Source: an uncultured Gammaproteobacteria bacterium (lineage in GTDB: Bacteria > Patescibacteriota > Patescibacteriia > Magasanikbacterales > GWA2-37-8). From it: a stretch of 64,000 nucleotides of DNA. The position numbers and the translations under genes were made by a program. Of this stretch, positions 60,510 to 64,000 are shown in pieces. The DNA lies in the NCBI GenBank assembly GCA_964596525.1, contig CAZQUL010000001.1:1015723-1079722 (forward strand). The letters are read 5' to 3'. The notes under the pieces were generated by a model. That model was given only the letters and a program-made list of their open reading frames with translations. It searched no databases and had not been told where the DNA came from. The stretch's first letter is position 1. The number at the start of each line of letters is the position of its first letter.

Positions 60510-61178
60510 TTAGGTTGTAGCGAGCGACTGTTTTTTCAGCTTGCCTGCCCACAGGCGGTAGCCGTTAATAGCAAGCACGAGGAAGAGCGCATACTCGAGC
60601 GCAATGAACTTCACACCTTTAACGTAGTATAGCCAAATCCCGATGATATCCACCAAGATCCACAGATACCAGCACTCCACTTTTTTCTTGGCCATGAGGA
60701 TGGTGGCCGCGAAACTGAGTACCGTTGTGAAAGCATCGAGATACGCATATGAGGCCGGTTCGGGAAAGAGGCGTGGTAACAGGACATGAATCCGACTCAT
60801 AAGGAATCCAAGAGCCAGAGTCACAGCCGCAATGGTGACGATGTACATAACGTTCATCTTTCGCGTGTTCGTACTGACTAGCAATCCCCCGCTCTCTTGC
60901 CTTGCAGGTAGCGTGCGCGGGCGTGTCCAGAGCCACCAGCCGTAGATACTCATCACGAAAAAGTACGCTTGCTCGAACAAGTCCGAGTACAGACGGATCT
61001 GGTAGAACAGCGCGAAGTACAAAACAATACCGATCATGCCGACGGGCCAGCTCGAGATTTTTCCTTTGGCCGTCAGGTACACGCACCAGACGTTAAAGAC
61101 TGTACCGAAAAACTCGATATAGCTCATGGGGTAACCGAGAACGGTAAAGAATACCGTCGAAATGCTCAGGTACTGCAT
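60510..61178 (-). CDS. pnuC: nicotinamide riboside transporter PnuC
   Basis: 222 aa, 7-8 TM, PnuC-like motifs (NVWCVYL, YYVKGVKFIALEYALFLV). Confidence 0.75.
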   Translation of the reverse strand: MQYLSISTVFFTVLGYPMSYIEFFGTVFNVWCVYLTAKGKISSWPVGMIGIVLYFALFYQIRLYSDLFEQAYFFVMSIYGWWLWTRPRTLPARQESGGLLVSTNTRKMNVMYIVTIAAVTLALGFLMSRIHVLLPRLFPEPASYAYLDAFTTVLSFAATILMAKKKVECWYLWILVDIIGIWLYYVKGVKFIALEYALFLVLAINGYRLWAGKLKKQSLATT

Positions 61179-61331
61179 AGTCAGCTCCGGGGGTTAAAGG
61201 GTTAGACGCTCGCGATCGTCGAGCTACCAGGAGCGTAATGATGAGCGGTATTTCTGACAATGGTTTCTGTGGATAAAGTGTGTAATATACACTAATTAAT
61301 TTTACCCTGAAAAAAGGCTTCGAGCCTTTGA

Positions 61332-62171
61332 TTAAAATTCGAAAACTAGTTCATCATGAGCGATGAAGCTCCGTTCTTTAAATCCTCCCGCGCGTACGGC
61401 TTTAAACATGTCCTCGTAACTATCAAAACCGGAATAATGAGTAAGAATGAGGGTCCTGACGTTGAGTTTGGCGGCCAACGCCCCAGCTTGACTTGGATTC
61501 AAATGACCGTAGCCAGTAGCATTCGTTTCATCACTGACCCGCGCCGATGCCTCGCAAATGAAATAATCGGCATCACGCGCAGCATCTTCGAGTCCAGGAC
61601 ACAAACCGCTATCGCCGGAATATGCTATGACGATACCGTCCGGGAGCGTAAGGCGGTAGGCTACCGCATCGACCTTGCCGAATCCGTGATACACCGGGTA
61701 GGAACTCAACATGGCACCTTCGGGCAGCGTTAGGTTCTGCTGGGGCGCGATGATTGGTTTAAGGATCGGAAAGGGTAATCCCCCGTTCGGATTATGTACG
61801 AACGTATCCTGAAAAAACACGCGGTTGAAGACATCGAAATGTTCAATAAGAATCTGCGGTGCGATGACGGTGAGTTCTTGGTTTGTTTTTTTCTTAGCTG
61901 CACGCAGAGTGCGGGCGCAGAACATGGACTGGATGAACTGCGGCCAGGCGCAATGGTCGGGATGCGGGTGTGAAATTGCCACATTCGCAATTGAATCCGC
62001 ATCAATACCCCGCGCTTCGAGGCGTTCGGCGATCGCCTGCGAGCATTCAAGAAGAAGGTGTGCATCGGGAGTGTTACCGTAGCGGATAAAAAAACCAGGA
62101 TGGGCACGGCGCGGTTTTCCGGATTCAGGAAAACAGGTTCCAGAACCAAGCACGCTGAGTGTTCGGGTCAT
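61332..62171 (-). CDS. MBL-fold metallo-hydrolase
   Basis: HxHxDH motif (ISHPHPDHCAW), downstream Asp/His ligands. Confidence 0.7.
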   Translation of the reverse strand: MTRTLSVLGSGTCFPESGKPRRAHPGFFIRYGNTPDAHLLLECSQAIAERLEARGIDADSIANVAISHPHPDHCAWPQFIQSMFCARTLRAAKKKTNQELTVIAPQILIEHFDVFNRVFFQDTFVHNPNGGLPFPILKPIIAPQQNLTLPEGAMLSSYPVYHGFGKVDAVAYRLTLPDGIVIAYSGDSGLCPGLEDAARDADYFICEASARVSDETNATGYGHLNPSQAGALAAKLNVRTLILTHYSGFDSYEDMFKAVRAGGFKERSFIAHDELVFEF

Positions 62172-62179
62172 ATACGGTA

Positions 62180-62725
62180 TTAGGATGCATTATGCTGTAG
62201 AAGAGCGGCGAATTTTTCTTTCACTTTGGCGAGTTTAGGGTTAATAACGGCCTGGCAGTATCCTTGCTTGGGATTGCGAGCGTAATAATCTTTGTGGTAG
62301 TCTTCGGCTTCGTAAAAAATATTTAGAGGCTCAACGGTGGTTACGATGGGTTTTCCCAGATCGCTCGACGCATTGATTTCAGTAATGAATTTTTCGGCCG
62401 CGCTTTTTTGTTCGGGCGAAGTATGCAGAATAATCGAACGGTACTGCGTACCCACATCCGCACCTTGACGGTTGAGCGTGGTCGGGTCATGACTCGCAAA
62501 AAAGACCGTCAAAAGAGTTTCAAAATTAACCTGCACTGGATCGTATTCGATGCGGATTACTTCGGCATGGCCGGTAGTACCGCTGCAAACCGACTCATAC
62601 GTAGGGTTAGGTGCAGTGCCGCCAGCATATCCCGGTACAACGGAATACACGCCTTTGAGCATTTTAAATACCGCTTCGGTGCACCAGAAGCATCCGCCAC
62701 CGAACACGGCTACGGCTGTAAGCAT
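62180..62725 (-). CDS. msrA: peptide-methionine (S)-S-oxide reductase MsrA
   Basis: Active site GGCFWCTEAVF, about 180 aa. Confidence 0.9.
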   Translation of the reverse strand: MLTAVAVFGGGCFWCTEAVFKMLKGVYSVVPGYAGGTAPNPTYESVCSGTTGHAEVIRIEYDPVQVNFETLLTVFFASHDPTTLNRQGADVGTQYRSIILHTSPEQKSAAEKFITEINASSDLGKPIVTTVEPLNIFYEAEDYHKDYYARNPKQGYCQAVINPKLAKVKEKFAALLQHNAS

Positions 62726-62836
62726 AAAAAGAGGTGAAAAGTAATACTAGTGTCTTCAGAATAACATGCCACCCGGTTTTCCGACAGTTTGAGAAAATGA
62801 AAAACCGCGGCTCGAGCCACGGAGTAGCGGGTGTGT

Positions 62837-63514
62837 TTAGGTGAACATGTCGCTTACCAGGTGATCAAACGTGGGCGCCGGACGAGCAAAAGAGCGTTCT
62901 GGATGCGGATTTTCCGTGCTATGGATAATCCAGAGTCGCCCCTGATAACCCGGATCAAAATGGCGCGGCAGATGACGGTCATTATCCACGATACCGACAA
63001 TTTCGGGGTACAGGAATTCCAGAACCTCGGCTTTCCAGCGCGCGCTGTCGGTAACCGCCACATCAGCAGGGCGAGCAAACACCGGAGCGTGCGGGAAACC
63101 GTTATTTTTACCCCACGCCGCACTGCACTCCTCCATAGTCTCGAGCCGGGCCGTAAGATAACAGCCGGTGACGTACTTTTGAGTATGGATTTTTTTGACT
63201 GCCTCGAGCGCCCCAGGCATGACCGGAAGATTGAGATGCGTCTCTGCCGAGGTGGCGAGCTCATGCATGAAAGCATGCGCTTCGGGATTATTCCACTGCG
63301 GCACGAGTTGCAGATAGCGATACTTGGCCAGAGCTTCTTCGAAGGTGAGCCCAGCCGGGTTTCCGAACCGCTCGCAGAGCAGCTGGTGCCAGTACGCTTC
63401 ACCAACTGCTAGCGTGCCGTCGATGTCCCAGGCCAGTGCCTGACGATAGGCGAAACGGGCCATTTCTTTAAAAAACTGGAGGCGGGCGCGGTAAGCTCGC
63501 GTGATCAGACTCAT
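62837..63514 (-). CDS. HAD-superfamily hydrolase, hypothetical
   Basis: Motif I DIDGTL near the N-terminus; preferred over the overlapping plus-strand ORF 62831-63412. Confidence 0.45.
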   Translation of the reverse strand: MSLITRAYRARLQFFKEMARFAYRQALAWDIDGTLAVGEAYWHQLLCERFGNPAGLTFEEALAKYRYLQLVPQWNNPEAHAFMHELATSAETHLNLPVMPGALEAVKKIHTQKYVTGCYLTARLETMEECSAAWGKNNGFPHAPVFARPADVAVTDSARWKAEVLEFLYPEIVGIVDNDRHLPRHFDPGYQGRLWIIHSTENPHPERSFARPAPTFDHLVSDMFT

Positions 63515-63647
63515 GCTTAACCTCGATATGGTTCATTTTCTATATACCGCAAACTACCCTTCTCGACAATGGTGTGGTTTGCCCTCGTGCACTTGAATTT
63601 ATTAAACAATCTGTTAGGGTAATCCGGCAACTAATCCGAGGTGAACA

Positions 63648-64000
63648 ATGACGACGCTCCTTAGCCGAGAAGAAGCTCTGAAGATGTCCGATTTCTTTTG
63701 GGAAGAGACGGGGTTGCCCGCATTGCGCGCAACCGTTCCCATCAAGGCGCTCTCCCCGAAGTTCGATCCCAATTGGGCGACCACCGGCGAGATCGACCGG
63801 ATGGTCGAATTTCTCAAGACCTGGGTCGATGACCAGTACTACCCCAGGCTCACAGCGGAGATTATCCGTATCCCCGGACTCACGCCGCTTCTCTACGTTG
63901 ATATTGCTGGCGACGCGCCCGGGACGGTAGTTTTTTACGGCCACGGCGATCGCCAGCCGGAATTCAAGGGATGGCGCCCGGGACTCGATCCCTGGAAGGC
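63648..64000 (+). CDS. M20-family metallopeptidase/dipeptidase, N-terminal part (3'-truncated by window edge)
   Basis: Not in the ORF track because no stop in the window; GAGGTG RBS 7 nt before the ATG; product ... VVFYGHGDRQPEFKGWRPGLDPW matches the M20 His/Asp metal-ligand region (GHxDVV ... W...PF). Overrides the minus-strand ORF 63540-63944. Confidence 0.6.
   Translation, partial: MTTLLSREEALKMSDFFWEETGLPALRATVPIKALSPKFDPNWATTGEIDRMVEFLKTWVDDQYYPRLTAEIIRIPGLTPLLYVDIAGDAPGTVVFYGHGDRQPEFKGWRPGLDPWK

Noticed and set aside
62831-63412. Plus-strand 193-aa ORF
   Set aside because: Antisense to the HAD-hydrolase candidate, which carries a DIDGTL motif I.
63540-63944. 134-aa minus-strand ORF
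   Set aside because: Antisense to a better plus-strand gene (63648 to window end) that has a strong RBS and M20-peptidase motifs.

Overview
This 64-kb bacterial chromosomal window is roughly 52% GC in ordinary coding regions, with a few GC-rich islands. Most of it is a densely packed housekeeping backbone, with frequent short gene overlaps. It encodes the FtsK C-terminus, a cell-shape and cell-wall block (MreBCD, PBP2, a second class-B PBP, FtsQ-like), tRNA synthetases LysS and SerS, GreA, LigA, RsmI, RlmN, Alr, MsrA, MsrB, Ogt, a PnuC-NadR nicotinamide-riboside salvage pair, a glycosyltransferase and flippase cluster, and one tRNA-Glu. Five things stand out.

1. At 12.9-19.5 kb there is a 6.6-kb stretch with almost no credible ORFs. 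It holds more than 20 degenerate copies of a palindromic stem-loop unit: a GAGAAGnn / nnCTTCTC stem whose outer pairs covary, a loop of about 30-40 nt, and a purine-rich tail (T/G)AAAG(R)GTGGGG. These units surround a single GC-rich, oversized gene (603 aa) for an IS110/Piv-like DEDD recombinase.

2. An ECF sigma factor gene overlaps a 1884-aa single-pass membrane protein whose N-terminus looks like an anti-sigma factor. Its ectodomain resembles a thioester-less alpha-2-macroglobulin (YEQ in place of CxEQ). A 129-aa Hint/bacterial-intein-like domain sits where the bait region would be.

3. A palindromic element of about 118 nt is inserted in frame in both rsmI and ligA.

4. A perfect 11-6-11 dif-like palindrome lies 70 bp upstream of a Xer-family recombinase gene.

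5. A GC-rich single-gene island encodes a protein with an Arg/Asp-rich low-complexity tail.

The taxon cannot be assigned from the sequence alone. The in-frame peptide insertions and compact overlapping genes are reminiscent of Patescibacteria-like or other streamlined genomes, but that is only a guess.
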